34,448 nt of DNA, taken from a virus. Taxonomy: Duplodnaviria; Caudoviricetes. The position numbers were made by a program, and so were the translations under genes. The notes beneath the pieces were generated by a model. It did not search any database. It was not told the origin of the DNA and saw nothing but the letters and a program-made list of their open reading frames with translations. Shown here piece after piece: positions 34,031-34,448 of the stretch (position 1 is the stretch's first letter; each line of letters opens with the position of its first letter). The stretch lies in IMG/VR virus record IMGVR_UViG_3300030059_002339, positions 1 to 34,448 of that record. One strand, written 5' to 3'.

Positions 34031-34261
34031 ATGAACGATAAGCAAAAATCCATAATGCGCCGCAAGCTCGACATGGCTTGTAAAAGCGCCAGAGTATCGG
34101 GGCTAGTTTCAGAGGCGGTGCAGCACGTTATCATCGAGGGTATAACGCCAGCACAGGCCGAGAGAGAGTGGTTAGGCGGCGTGACAAACACGGTAGGCAG
34201 GGCGCTTAATAAAGTTAAAGCCGAGCTTCTTAGATTTGAGGCTTTCAAAGCTATCAAGTAA
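34031..34261 (+). CDS. Small HTH-type regulator, paralogue of 28609-28812
   Basis: AVQHVIIEGITPAQAERE...TVGRALNKV. Confidence 0.6.
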   Translation: MNDKQKSIMRRKLDMACKSARVSGLVSEAVQHVIIEGITPAQAEREWLGGVTNTVGRALNKVKAELLRFEAFKAIK

Positions 34262-34267
34262 TAACAA

Positions 34268-34404
34268 TTTGAGGGGTTACAGCGAAGCGCCTGACTCGCA
34301 ATTATGCAACGCGCATAACTCACAGCCGAGCCGATTTTCCTTGCAGGGTGTTCGGTAAAGGCATGGGTGAGCAGGCAGGGGGTGTTCCGCTGTAACTCTT
34401 CGGA
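34268..34404 (+). ncRNA. Candidate structured RNA (~137 nt, long closing stem, internal hairpins)
   Basis: 17-bp stem 34268-84/34388-404 with G-U pairs, 7-bp extension, two inner hairpin domains; no ORF in the track. Confidence 0.6.
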
Positions 34405-34448
34405 TTAACCACAACCACAGAGGGGAATGAGCAATTAAATTGACTCAC
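34335..34448. repeat. Terminal direct repeat, copy 2
   Basis: Identical to 1-114. Confidence 0.97.

Noticed and set aside
1-34448. Alternative genetic code, tRNA genes, CRISPR array, introns or inteins
   Set aside because: Core genes are intact and of normal length in the standard code with all three stops used; no cloverleaf or repeat-spacer pattern seen by eye (tRNAscan-SE would confirm)

Overview
The window is an apparently complete, circularly permuted tailed-phage genome. Bases 1-114 are identical to 34335-34448, giving a unit length of about 34,334 bp. The virion module is P22-like (podovirus): small and large terminase, portal, scaffold, coat, gp4- and gp10-like tail hub, several ejection proteins and a short tail fibre plus tip protein. 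It also carries a lysis cassette (M15 peptidase endolysin and holin-like proteins), a displaced fibre/spike cluster, a leftward recombination operon (Rad52/Sak-like annealase, Gp157-like protein, SSB-like protein) and a rightward early region (dUTPase, DUF3310-like protein, lambda-O-like initiator, DnaB helicase, YopX, NinB, NinG). I see no integrase, CI-type repressor, N/Q antiterminator, spanin pair, tRNA, CRISPR array or reverse transcriptase. The three most interesting unexplained signals are: (1) a stand-alone ~65-nt small RNA (promoter, hairpin, terminator) whose loop is complementary to the GAGGGGAA ribosome-binding sites of several phage genes; (2) a ~137-nt highly base-paired intergenic RNA with alternative pairings; (3) an ADP-ribosyltransferase-like protein beside the portal that shares an N-terminal module with the largest ejection protein, followed by a repeat-flanked moron encoding a Phd-like antitoxin. 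All family calls come from motif recognition by eye, not from database searches.
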